Position numbers and translations under genes: made by a program
Notes under the pieces: generated by a model
The model's database searches: none
Told to the model about the DNA's origin: nothing
Seen by the model: the letters and a program-made list of their open reading frames with translations, nothing else
In this document: one piece after another, positions 1 through 8,596 of the stretch
Layout: every line of letters begins with the position of its first letter
How positions within the stretch are numbered: the first letter of the stretch is position 1
Assembly: GCA_030706405.1 (NCBI GenBank)
Contig: JAUZOO010000002.1
Location: forward strand, 65,167 to 129,166
Direction of reading: 5' to 3'
Origin: Bacteroidota bacterium
Lineage (GTDB): Bacteria > Bacteroidota > Bacteroidia > Bacteroidales > JAAUTT01
DNA: 64,000 bases

Positions 1-558
1 GACATTTCGTTGCTCGATGCCCGCCAGCTAAAGTTGAATGAAGAGGATATAAATTTAAATAGCATTATTCAGAAGGTTTATAAAGACTTTGAAAAACAGA
101 AAGTTAAGGAGAAAAAAGGCTTTTCATTTCATTTGATTGCCAATTTTGACGTTAATTTAATAGTCAGGATTGACGGGTTTCGTTTAACACAGATACTAAA
201 CAACTTAATTGACAATGCGTTTAAATTTACTGAAAGTGGACAAGTTTGTTTTGAATGTGCTGTTGTTTCCAATGAAATAAGGGTTAAGATAGACGATACT
301 GGTATTGGCATTAACCGCAAGGATACCCGCGAAATTTTTGATCATTTCAGACAGGTCGAAATGACCTATAATCGCAGCTACAGTGGAAACGGGCTGGGAC
401 TTTCAATTTGTAAAGGATTGGTTGAATTAATGGAAGGCCGTATCGTAGTAAAACCCAGAAAAGATGGAACAGCTTTTTGTCTTACCCTGCCTATACAAAA
501 GCCCCAGGATTCATCGCTTGAGGCAAAAATGCTGGGAACTAGTTATCTATTGTCATGA
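1..558 (+). CDS. Sensor histidine kinase, C-terminal HATPase_c part (5' end outside the window)
   Basis: The frame is open from base 1. N-box (NLIDNAFKFT), G1 (DDTGIGI) and G2 (GNGLGLSICK) ATP-binding motifs are present. Confidence 0.85.
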   Translation, partial: DISLLDARQLKLNEEDINLNSIIQKVYKDFEKQKVKEKKGFSFHLIANFDVNLIVRIDGFRLTQILNNLIDNAFKFTESGQVCFECAVVSNEIRVKIDDTGIGINRKDTREIFDHFRQVEMTYNRSYSGNGLGLSICKGLVELMEGRIVVKPRKDGTAFCLTLPIQKPQDSSLEAKMLGTSYLLS

Positions 559-688
559 AATGAATGAAGGTTTATCTAAAATTATTGCTAAATATTACAC
601 TTCTCCCAAATATTCTATAATGAAGTTATTAACAAAAAAGGCCCGACAGTTTCCAGTCGAGCCTTAACTTCATTAGTAAACAAAAAAA

Positions 689-1963
689 TTAGATTTTATT
701 GGCGTGTTCAAGTAAGTACTTTTCTGCATCCACGTTCCAGAGACCGTTGTTTTGAGAAACCAGTTTGTCGAGTTGGGCAAAGAGCGGATTGGTTTTTCCC
801 AGTTCGGCGAAATCGGCCAACGAAGTAAGCGGCATAGCTACATTGGTATAAATGAGTTTCTTGCCACCCGGAATTTCGGGTAGGTGTTTTGTAGTTTCAA
901 TCACGGCGTCCAATCCTCCGATATGGGTTACGAGTCCTGCCGGGTCTAGTCCTACCGACATCATGGCGAGTGCTTCTTCCATGTCGTCGTTGTTACCACC
1001 GCTGGTTCCTACAATGTGGGTGTAGTTATAATGTACATTGTAGAAGTTAAAGCTCGATTTAAAATCGGCATTGCTTGGGCCTGCAAAGAAGTTGAGGCAA
1101 CCGTCGAAAGCCAGGATGGCATCGCCCTGCTCAATAACCGAAGGTACCGGGGCGAATACGAATATGTCGTTATAGCCTTTGCCGTTGGTGAGGTCGAGCA
1201 ATCCTTGTACCGGATTTTCGAAGTTTTTGGTGTTGATATATTTCAGCGTGATGCCGTTTTTAGCCGCTTCCTCGGGCGAGAATAACGAAGCTGCACGGTC
1301 GAGGCGAGTTTGGTCGATGTCGGTAACGACCATCAGTCCTGGTTTGCGGTCGGTACGGTGAATGGCATAGTTGATGGCAGCCAGTCCCATAGGCCCCACA
1401 CCTGCCAGAACGGCCATGTTTCCGCCTTCCACAATCTCCATCTGGTGGATGTATGAGCCGGGAGTGGTGTGGTAATTGGCATGCATTGCCCCGATTACGC
1501 ACGAGAGCGGTTCGGCGAGCGCAGCCGGATAAAATCCCGGACCGGTGTATGGCAATAGGCAATTCTTGGCCATCACCTCGTTAGGGATGATGATGTAAGT
1601 AGCATCACCACCAATATGTTTATAAGAATAGCCCGGAGCACTGAGGATACCAACAGGACCATCCTCATAATTAATGGCTGGCTGGATGGAAAATTTCATT
1701 CCGGGTTGGAACTGGCCTTTCCATTTAGCGCCAACTTCAATAATTTCACCACTAAACTCGTGGCCGATAATCACCGGGTTTTCGCTAACATCGTTAGGTA
1801 CACGTTTGTGGACGGTACCCTGTTTGGTAGCTTTATAGCTCGACATGCAAATGCTGTCGCAGATAACATGCGCAAGGATTTCGTCGTCCTTAATTGTTGG
1901 TAAATCAAACTCCTCCATCCGGAGGTCTTCTTTGCCGTAAAGGCGTATGGCTTTGGTTTTCAT
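689..1963 (-). CDS. Zn-dependent MDR-family alcohol/polyol(-phosphate) dehydrogenase, long form (424 aa)
   Basis: GHEFSGEIIEVG catalytic-Zn motif, a Cys near the N-terminus (CDSIC) and a Rossmann motif (GVGPMG). The length resembles sorbose-1-phosphate-reductase-like enzymes. Confidence 0.8.
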   Translation of the reverse strand: MKTKAIRLYGKEDLRMEEFDLPTIKDDEILAHVICDSICMSSYKATKQGTVHKRVPNDVSENPVIIGHEFSGEIIEVGAKWKGQFQPGMKFSIQPAINYEDGPVGILSAPGYSYKHIGGDATYIIIPNEVMAKNCLLPYTGPGFYPAALAEPLSCVIGAMHANYHTTPGSYIHQMEIVEGGNMAVLAGVGPMGLAAINYAIHRTDRKPGLMVVTDIDQTRLDRAASLFSPEEAAKNGITLKYINTKNFENPVQGLLDLTNGKGYNDIFVFAPVPSVIEQGDAILAFDGCLNFFAGPSNADFKSSFNFYNVHYNYTHIVGTSGGNNDDMEEALAMMSVGLDPAGLVTHIGGLDAVIETTKHLPEIPGGKKLIYTNVAMPLTSLADFAELGKTNPLFAQLDKLVSQNNGLWNVDAEKYLLEHANKI

Positions 1964-1986
1964 TTTTTTTTATTATTAATTCAGCG

Positions 1987-2457
1987 TTTAGAGATTCAGG
2001 ATTCAGCGGGGAGAGGCTTGGAATTATACTTTTGCCCTTTAAATTCAGAATTTGAGAGGTAAGTAATTAGATTTTTGATTTGGGCAGATATGGCATTCGA
2101 TAAATTATACAATTCATCAAATTTATCTTTTGAAATATACTCAAAATCAAGAGCTCTATATAACTGCGATCTTACTTCTCCATTCGAACCTTTTGCAATA
2201 AAAAGAAACTGAATAAATTCTTTATTACCACCTCGTTCAAACCCTTCGGCAATATTATCCATGACAGAACCAGAAGAACGAAGTATTTGATCCTTGAAGG
2301 AATAATTTTTGGCAAACGGTTCGGTTTTGGTAATTGAAAATATTTCGTTGGATAGCTTTCTTGCTTCTTTCCAAACTTCCAAATCTTCAAATTTCTGAAT
2401 CGTTGCCATAAATCATTGATTTACGAATTCTGAATCTTTAAACCCTGAACCCTGAAT
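1987..2457. repeat. TTCAG-heptad inverted repeats bracketing the four-helix-bundle gene
   Basis: GATTCAGGATTCAG at 1993..2006 faces CTGAATC (2430..2436), CTGAAC (2445..2450) and CTGAAT (2452..2457). TTTAGAGATTCAG (1987..1999) matches the reverse complement of 2430..2442 at 12 of 13 positions. Confidence 0.7.
1996..2409 (-). CDS. Four-helix-bundle protein (23S rRNA intervening-sequence protein / Avd-like family)
   Basis: [13 protein letters not shown] at the N-terminus, then [39 protein letters not shown], which is typical of this family. Confidence 0.85.
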   Translation of the reverse strand: MATIQKFEDLEVWKEARKLSNEIFSITKTEPFAKNYSFKDQILRSSGSVMDNIAEGFERGGNKEFIQFLFIAKGSNGEVRSQLYRALDFEYISKDKFDELYNLSNAISAQIKNLITYLSNSEFKGQKYNSKPLPAES

Positions 2458-2463
2458 TTACAA

Positions 2464-4434
2464 TTAATTCAACATATTCTGTCCGCCGGTTACGGGCACT
2501 GCCTGGCCGGTTTCGTATTCTTGTTCAATAATATAGTAGATGGCGCGCATTACGTCTTTGGGTTCGCACCCACGACCTGCCGGTACCTGTTTTTCGTAGA
2601 ACGCTTTCACATCGGCGATTGTTTTTGCCCCCGGCACTTTTCCGGCATGGAGGTATTGGACAAACAAGCCATTGTTGGGGTCGCTCCACAGCGGGCCGTC
2701 GAAGAAGTTGCCCGGGCAGATAGAGTTCACCTTAATTTTGTAAGGCATCAGTTCGAGGGCGAACGACTGGGTAAGACCGATTCCGCCAAATTTACCTCCG
2801 GCATAGGCAAAATTTTTGTTGCTTCCTTTAAGGCCTGATTTCGAGTTAATCTGAATGATATCGGTGAAATAATTAGCCTTAAATTTCGATTGAAGGCGTA
2901 ATACTTCCGAGGCATATTTAGCGCAAAGGAAATACGCGTTATAGTTCACTTTGGTCATCAGTTCGAAAGTTTCCGGAGTCATTTCGTCGAGGCCACCGGC
3001 GCGGAGAATCCCGGCATTGCTGATAAAAGCATCGAGTCCGCCAAATCTTTTTACAGTTTTAAAGATGAGGTTTTTAACCGAGTCCGGGTTCGAAACGTCG
3101 GCTTTAACAAAGGCTGCGTGGTTTTTCTTGCCTTTTGCATTGAGCTCAGCTACAAACTCTTCGCCTTTAACCTCGTTGAGGTCGGCTACAACCACATTTG
3201 CCCCGTTGAGCATCAGGTCATCGGCAATGCCTGCCCCAAAGCCCTGTGCACCGCCGGTTACGATGATCGTTTTATTGGCCACACGGTTTCCAGCTGATTG
3301 ACCTTTCGATACTGCCCGGCGATAGTTTTCCACTTCCCAGTTGTCGATGAAGGAAATTTCGCGTTCGTTCATAAATTTAGGGCCGCCAAAGTTTTCGGTT
3401 AAGAGGCTTATTTTCATCAAATCCAAAAATACGTCCTGTGCAATTTTGGCCGACTGGTAGTTATCTTCTATTGTAACCAAGCCTAAATATTTAAGAATAA
3501 TTACTTTAGGAGCATAGCCATAAGTGTCTTTATACGCTTCAATTTTTTCAGACGCTTCTATTATTGCCGTTTCCGGATGAGCTGTATTCTCGATGAACAA
3601 AGCACGGGCTTTGCAGTAAACGATGATGTCGGGAGAAAATGGCAACGAAATTTTATCAAAGCTTTCGGCATTTTCGCTGAAGAATTTTACCAGCTCGTTG
3701 TTGGTGGTAATGGCTGTTTTAGGAGCATCGTCAGTCAGTAACATACGAATGGCAGGAACGATTTCTTTAATTTTTTCGTTAACGGCTATCGGGGCCATGT
3801 CTGGCGCTACTTTAATGTTTGCCTTAACGGTGTCGGTAACTTTGGTGTAGAGCGTTTTAATTTCGTCGATCGAGTTGGCTGCCACAAAAATACCGTGGTT
3901 CTGCAGGAAGATGATCTGCGGTTCGCGGTTAAATTTCTGGCGGTAATCGATGATGGCGCTTTCTACTTTTTTGAAAAGCACGTAACCTGGGTCGGTGTAA
4001 GGTACATAGAGCACGTCATTGCCAAAGAGGCGACGGGTCTGACCTTCAGCATCCACGCAACACATAATGGCATTCACGAGGGTAGGGTGGGTGTGTACTA
4101 CAAAACTGTAGTTGATGATTTCGTGCATCGATGTCTCCACCGACGGACGAAGGTTAAGCTCGGGATAAACGCTGGCGCGAAAAAGGTCGGTTTTTACCTG
4201 GTTTTCGCGCTCGTCGGAATTATCGCTGTATTTTTTGGTAGCAAGCAGCTTGAGCTTTTCGCGTTCGAGCACGGCAAATCCATTTTCGTTGATCGTGGCC
4301 AGAGTGGTTCCGCTGGCTTTTACCCAGATGAACTTATCGTCCTTATACGAAGTATTTCCACCTCCGGCAATCACGTAATCTTTGTCCTTGCCGTAGAACT
4401 GGGATATTTCAATCAGTTTTTTTATGTTTTCCAT
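2464..4434 (-). CDS. Bifunctional class II aldolase / short-chain dehydrogenase (rhamnulose-1-phosphate aldolase/alcohol dehydrogenase-like)
   Basis: The N-terminal aldolase domain carries VVHTHP metal-binding histidines. The C-terminal SDR domain carries TGGAQGFG and YAGGK (YxxxK). Start moved to MENIKKL (ATG at 4434). Confidence 0.85.
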   Translation of the reverse strand: MENIKKLIEISQFYGKDKDYVIAGGGNTSYKDDKFIWVKASGTTLATINENGFAVLEREKLKLLATKKYSDNSDERENQVKTDLFRASVYPELNLRPSVETSMHEIINYSFVVHTHPTLVNAIMCCVDAEGQTRRLFGNDVLYVPYTDPGYVLFKKVESAIIDYRQKFNREPQIIFLQNHGIFVAANSIDEIKTLYTKVTDTVKANIKVAPDMAPIAVNEKIKEIVPAIRMLLTDDAPKTAITTNNELVKFFSENAESFDKISLPFSPDIIVYCKARALFIENTAHPETAIIEASEKIEAYKDTYGYAPKVIILKYLGLVTIEDNYQSAKIAQDVFLDLMKISLLTENFGGPKFMNEREISFIDNWEVENYRRAVSKGQSAGNRVANKTIIVTGGAQGFGAGIADDLMLNGANVVVADLNEVKGEEFVAELNAKGKKNHAAFVKADVSNPDSVKNLIFKTVKRFGGLDAFISNAGILRAGGLDEMTPETFELMTKVNYNAYFLCAKYASEVLRLQSKFKANYFTDIIQINSKSGLKGSNKNFAYAGGKFGGIGLTQSFALELMPYKIKVNSICPGNFFDGPLWSDPNNGLFVQYLHAGKVPGAKTIADVKAFYEKQVPAGRGCEPKDVMRAIYYIIEQEYETGQAVPVTGGQNMLN

Positions 4435-4519
4435 GGTGATAAAGAAGTTAAACACTATTGTAGATATTTAGATTCAAGAGCCAAGAATCAAGATTTAGAA
4501 AGCGATTAATCTTAGTTCT

Positions 4520-5749
4520 TTATTGATTAATAAATTTTTCAATCACCGCTTTGCCGAGTTTCACGAAGTAGTCCTTGCGGGCGGTTTCGGGTTTGCCGGA
4601 AACATCGATAAATGCCGGAAGCCCTTTGGCGCGGAGGTATTGGTGGGCTGCAATGACACAAGCTCCTTCGAACGATATGCGTTGCATTTCGGGACTTAGC
4701 GCTACTTTCCCGCGGGTGTCGCAGGTCAATGGAATCATATCCGGAGCGTTGTGCTCTGTCCCAAAGTTTACGACAAAGCCTTTGCTGTCGAAGAATTTAA
4801 CGAATTTTTCGAGGTGGCTGGCGCCGTTACGTCCAGGGATAAGTTCGATGCAGCCGATGTTGCGTTTGGTGAGTTCGGCGTAAAGCTTTTCGTTATCGGC
4901 TTCGTATTCGGTATAAGTGCCGTTTTTGTCGTCGAGCAGAACCGGGTAGCACGGAATACCTCCGGCGCCAACGATGATTTTGATAACCTCGTCGATGTTC
5001 ATGAAGGCTTTGTCGTCTTCTTCCACAAAAGCTTTACCGCCCGATTTGAGCAGGTTTCCGCGGATTTCATTTTCGAGGGCAGGGATGTCGTTGATGTCAA
5101 CCTTGGAATCCTTACCTCCGTAGATGAGTTTGAAAAGTTCTTTGCGGCCGGCTTCGGTAGCTTCTTTTTCGAAAACAGCCACACGAATGGCTTTGGCAAT
5201 GTGACGTTCGCGAACCAGCTCCTTTGCAAATTTCTTTTTTAACGATTTGAAATCGAGGAATATTCCGGCGTTAAGTTCGGTAAACCAGGCATTAGCTTTG
5301 TCAACCATTTTTTGAACCTGCACCTGACTTTCCTGAACAACACTATAAAGTTTTGCATCCAGGTCTTTAGGAAGGGTGAACGGAAAAGATAGGCCTTTTC
5401 CGCTAAAATAACAACGTCCGGGATTGTTGGGGTCGTTGATACGGATACCGGCGGCTTGTTCTTCTTTTAGAAGTCCGATAAATTCAATGTTGAACAACGC
5501 AAAAACACTATGTTTAATCGATTGTTCATAGAAATACGGATACCCGTCGGATACAAAGAAATCATTGATACCTACTACCTTAATGTTTTCTTTTTTGGCC
5601 ATTTCAAAGATTTCGGAAATCTCGGAAAAAGCGCTGAACGAAAAAGGGGTATGAACGTGCCCGTTTACCTCATAAACCGAGTCTTTATTTAAACCGTCGA
5701 ACCACGCAATGAGTTCATCCGGATTAGGGTAGTTTTGTAAAATATTCAT
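4520..5749 (-). CDS. Uncharacterized PHP-like metal-dependent phosphoesterase-fold protein (409 aa)
   Basis: An N-terminal GHVHTPFSFS (HxH) motif and a later GTEHN motif suggest a PHP/amidohydrolase-like metal site. No firm family assignment is possible by eye. Confidence 0.4.
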   Translation of the reverse strand: MNILQNYPNPDELIAWFDGLNKDSVYEVNGHVHTPFSFSAFSEISEIFEMAKKENIKVVGINDFFVSDGYPYFYEQSIKHSVFALFNIEFIGLLKEEQAAGIRINDPNNPGRCYFSGKGLSFPFTLPKDLDAKLYSVVQESQVQVQKMVDKANAWFTELNAGIFLDFKSLKKKFAKELVRERHIAKAIRVAVFEKEATEAGRKELFKLIYGGKDSKVDINDIPALENEIRGNLLKSGGKAFVEEDDKAFMNIDEVIKIIVGAGGIPCYPVLLDDKNGTYTEYEADNEKLYAELTKRNIGCIELIPGRNGASHLEKFVKFFDSKGFVVNFGTEHNAPDMIPLTCDTRGKVALSPEMQRISFEGACVIAAHQYLRAKGLPAFIDVSGKPETARKDYFVKLGKAVIEKFINQ

Positions 5750-5815
5750 GATAAGATTATTGTGCTTTAAAAGTTAGTGAGCTTATGTAATTTGAAAGGG
5801 ATTATGTGTAGTAGT

Positions 5816-5858
5816 AAAAAGAAACTGTCTGAAAAGTGTAGAGTTTACAGACAGTTTC
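5816..5858 (-). terminator. Intrinsic terminator inside the co-directional cluster, after the AKR gene
   Basis: Perfect 11-bp stem (GAAACTGTCTG 5821..5831 with CAGACAGTTTC 5848..5858), followed on the minus strand by TTTTT. Confidence 0.65.
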
Positions 5859-5867
5859 CGGTGATGT

Positions 5868-6860
5868 TTATTTTTCGATTTTGATGTTGTCCAGGCTGGC
5901 AGTGATATCGCAAATTTCGTCGATGGAAAGCATGAAATCCAACGCTTTAACATTATCAAGGACCTGTTGACGGTTACGTGCGCCAACCAATGCCGAGGTG
6001 ATTCCGAATTGTTGAAGCGTCCAGTTGATAACAACCTGTCCTACAGTAGCGCCGTGGTTATCAGCAATCGGACGAAGGGTGTCAACAAACGACAGGATAC
6101 GTCCGAAATTAGGTTCTTTGTAATACGGCGTATTGGGCCGCGAATCGCCTTCGCCAAATTGATGCCCGGCTTTCATCTTCCCGGTAAGGATACCGCGTTG
6201 CAGAGGACTGTAAGCCAGAATTCCAATATTATTTTCGAAGCAATACGGAACCAGTTCATCTTCTATTGAACGGTTTACCATGCTGTACGGCACCTGGTTG
6301 GAGATGATTGGAAAATAATCGAGAGCTTCGGCTACCTGAGATACATCGTAATTGCAAACCCCGGCATTGAGGATTTTTCCCTGTTGCTGAAGTATATTCA
6401 TCGCTTCCATAGTTTCCTCAATGGGCGTAGTTGGGTCAGCCCAGTGGATTTGGTATAAGTCGATATAATCAGTTCCAAGACGTTTGAGACTGGCTTCGCA
6501 TTCGCGGATGATGCTTTCTTTCCCTGAATAACGATAGATGGACAATGGTTTCCCATCGTTGGAAACGCTATCGAAATAAAATTGGCCTTTTTTGTCGATC
6601 CAGCTTAAGCCATACTTGGTGAGGATTTGTACCTGGTCGCGTTTGCCTTTGATGGCTTGGCCAACGAGTTCTTCGCTCTGTCCGAAACCATAGACCGGAG
6701 CTGTATCGATGGTGGTAATACCATTATCGATGGCTGCTTCCATGGCGTCGATAGCTTCGTCACTGTCGGCTCCGCCCCACATCCAACCACCAATGGCCCA
6801 AGCTCCAAAGGTAATGGCCGATACGGTCAAGTCGCTGTTTCCAAAGTTTCTGTATTCCAT
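5868..6860 (-). CDS. Aldo/keto reductase
   Basis: Typical AKR N-terminus (GNSDLTVSAITFGAWAIGG), DTAPVYG, and 330 aa length. Confidence 0.85.
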   Translation of the reverse strand: MEYRNFGNSDLTVSAITFGAWAIGGWMWGGADSDEAIDAMEAAIDNGITTIDTAPVYGFGQSEELVGQAIKGKRDQVQILTKYGLSWIDKKGQFYFDSVSNDGKPLSIYRYSGKESIIRECEASLKRLGTDYIDLYQIHWADPTTPIEETMEAMNILQQQGKILNAGVCNYDVSQVAEALDYFPIISNQVPYSMVNRSIEDELVPYCFENNIGILAYSPLQRGILTGKMKAGHQFGEGDSRPNTPYYKEPNFGRILSFVDTLRPIADNHGATVGQVVINWTLQQFGITSALVGARNRQQVLDNVKALDFMLSIDEICDITASLDNIKIEK

Positions 6861-6899
6861 ATATTTTTAGATAAGATTCAATGTTAAAGATTTGTTTTT

Positions 6900-7613
6900 T
6901 TACAGAAGTTGCCGGGTTATTTCTTCGGGTACTTCGCTTAAATTAGAGGTAATCCAGTCGGCTTTTTGCAAGAGTTCAGCCGAAAAACTTGTTGTAAGCG
7001 CCAGACATCTGCATCCGGCGGCTTTGGCGGCTTCAACGCCATTTACGGCATCTTCCACAACCAGGCATTCGTCGGGTTTTAAACCTAATTTGGATGCGGC
7101 TTTAAGGAAGATCTCGGGGTTGGGCTTTTTATGCTCTACATCCGAACCAGAAATGATGGCATCGAAAGTGTCGTTTGGAACCCCCATTTCTCGGAGATTG
7201 ATGTCAACTTTTACGCGGTCGGCACTACTGGCAACGGCCATTTTTACCCCGGCTTTTTTACATTCTGACACAAACGAAAGTGTGCCGGGAAGCGGTTTTA
7301 ACTTTCCTTTTACTTTGATTTCGTAGATGTTGTAGGTACGCATTTTGTCGCGTTCGGGATTGTAAGCAAAGCCGTATTTTTCGGCTACTCCACCCAAATA
7401 GCGGGTTTCGCCAGCGCCTACAAAAGGAAGAAAATCCTCGGGTTTAACCTGTAATCCGCGTTCTGCAAACATTTCGATGGCAGCCTCACAGATGAATTCT
7501 TCCGAATCCACCAAAACACCGTCCATGTCGAATAATATTCCTTTAATAGCCCCCTTCGTTCCCCCCGATAGAGGGAAGTTCGAAGCTATCGTATTTTTTG
7601 ATTCTGTATTCAT
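6900..7613 (-). CDS. HAD-IA family hydrolase (beta-phosphoglucomutase/sugar-phosphatase-like)
   Basis: DMDGVLVDSE motif I, SSADR motif II region and VVEDAVNGVEAAKAAG motif III/IV. Confidence 0.85.
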   Translation of the reverse strand: MNTESKNTIASNFPLSGGTKGAIKGILFDMDGVLVDSEEFICEAAIEMFAERGLQVKPEDFLPFVGAGETRYLGGVAEKYGFAYNPERDKMRTYNIYEIKVKGKLKPLPGTLSFVSECKKAGVKMAVASSADRVKVDINLREMGVPNDTFDAIISGSDVEHKKPNPEIFLKAASKLGLKPDECLVVEDAVNGVEAAKAAGCRCLALTTSFSAELLQKADWITSNLSEVPEEITRQLL

Positions 7614-7661
7614 AAATTTAGTTACGCTCTAAAGTTCCCTTTCGGGGATTTAGGGGGCTTA

Positions 7662-8462
7662 TTATTTTATCAGATCTACAACTCCATTCAATACATAATG
7701 AGGACGATAAGGAAAATTTCTGATCATATCCCTTGAGGTTATTCCGCTGAGGACCAAGCATGTGTCAATTTCTGATTCGATGCCGGCAATGATGTCGGTA
7801 TCCATGCGGTCGCCAATGATGACGGTATCTTCGGTAGAGAAACCTATTTTACGCAGGGCAATGCGCATCATCAGCGGGTTAGGCTTACCTATGAAGTAGG
7901 CTTTACGGCCGGTGGACATTTCAATGGGTGCTACTAAAGCTTTGGTGGCAGCCACAATACCTCCTTCAACCGGACCGGTAATATCGGGATTGGTGCCAAT
8001 AAGTTTAGCTCCGTTAAGCACGAGGTTTACGGCGTGAGTAATTTTTTCGAAACTGTATGATGGAGTTTCTCCAACCACTACGTAGTCGGGGTCAACGTTA
8101 TTCATGGTATAACCGGCATTGTATAGCGCGTTGATAAGCCCTGCCTCACCGATGATGTAAGCACTTCCGTTTTCCTTTTGCGATTGCAGAAAAGCTGCTG
8201 TAGCTAAAGCACTGGTATAGAAATGTTCTTCGCCAACATCTACGCCCAAGCGGTTAAGCTTGTCGCGAAGTTCTTTTGGGCTTCGTTCGCTCGAATTGGT
8301 GAGAAACAAAAAATGCTTATCTTCTTTTATTAACCACTCTACAAATTCTTTTACACCAGGGAGTAACTTGTTACCGTGATAGATAACCCCGTCCATGTCG
8401 CAGATAAATCCCTTTTTACTTTTAATTTTTTCGATAATCTCTTTCATTCTCTTCATAGTCAT
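7662..8462 (-). CDS. HAD-IIA family sugar-phosphate phosphatase (NagD-like)
   Basis: CDMDGVIYHGNKLLPG, LTNSS and IGDRMDTDI motifs. Confidence 0.85.
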   Translation of the reverse strand: MTMKRMKEIIEKIKSKKGFICDMDGVIYHGNKLLPGVKEFVEWLIKEDKHFLFLTNSSERSPKELRDKLNRLGVDVGEEHFYTSALATAAFLQSQKENGSAYIIGEAGLINALYNAGYTMNNVDPDYVVVGETPSYSFEKITHAVNLVLNGAKLIGTNPDITGPVEGGIVAATKALVAPIEMSTGRKAYFIGKPNPLMMRIALRKIGFSTEDTVIIGDRMDTDIIAGIESEIDTCLVLSGITSRDMIRNFPYRPHYVLNGVVDLIK

Positions 8463-8596
8463 AATTTACAGAGAGTAAATATACTGCGTTTAGGGATTAT
8501 CTAATGTTGCAAAAGTGGATTTTGTTTACCAGGGTACAAGAGTTTCAGATTGAACGAATTCAACCTGAAACCTATACCTTGTAACCTTAAAACTAG

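Noticed and set aside
1996-2409. The four-helix-bundle protein as the Avd component of a diversity-generating retroelement
   Set aside because: Avd proteins belong to the same fold family. However, the window contains no reverse transcriptase gene, no template/variable repeat pair and no target gene with an adenine-mutated repeat.
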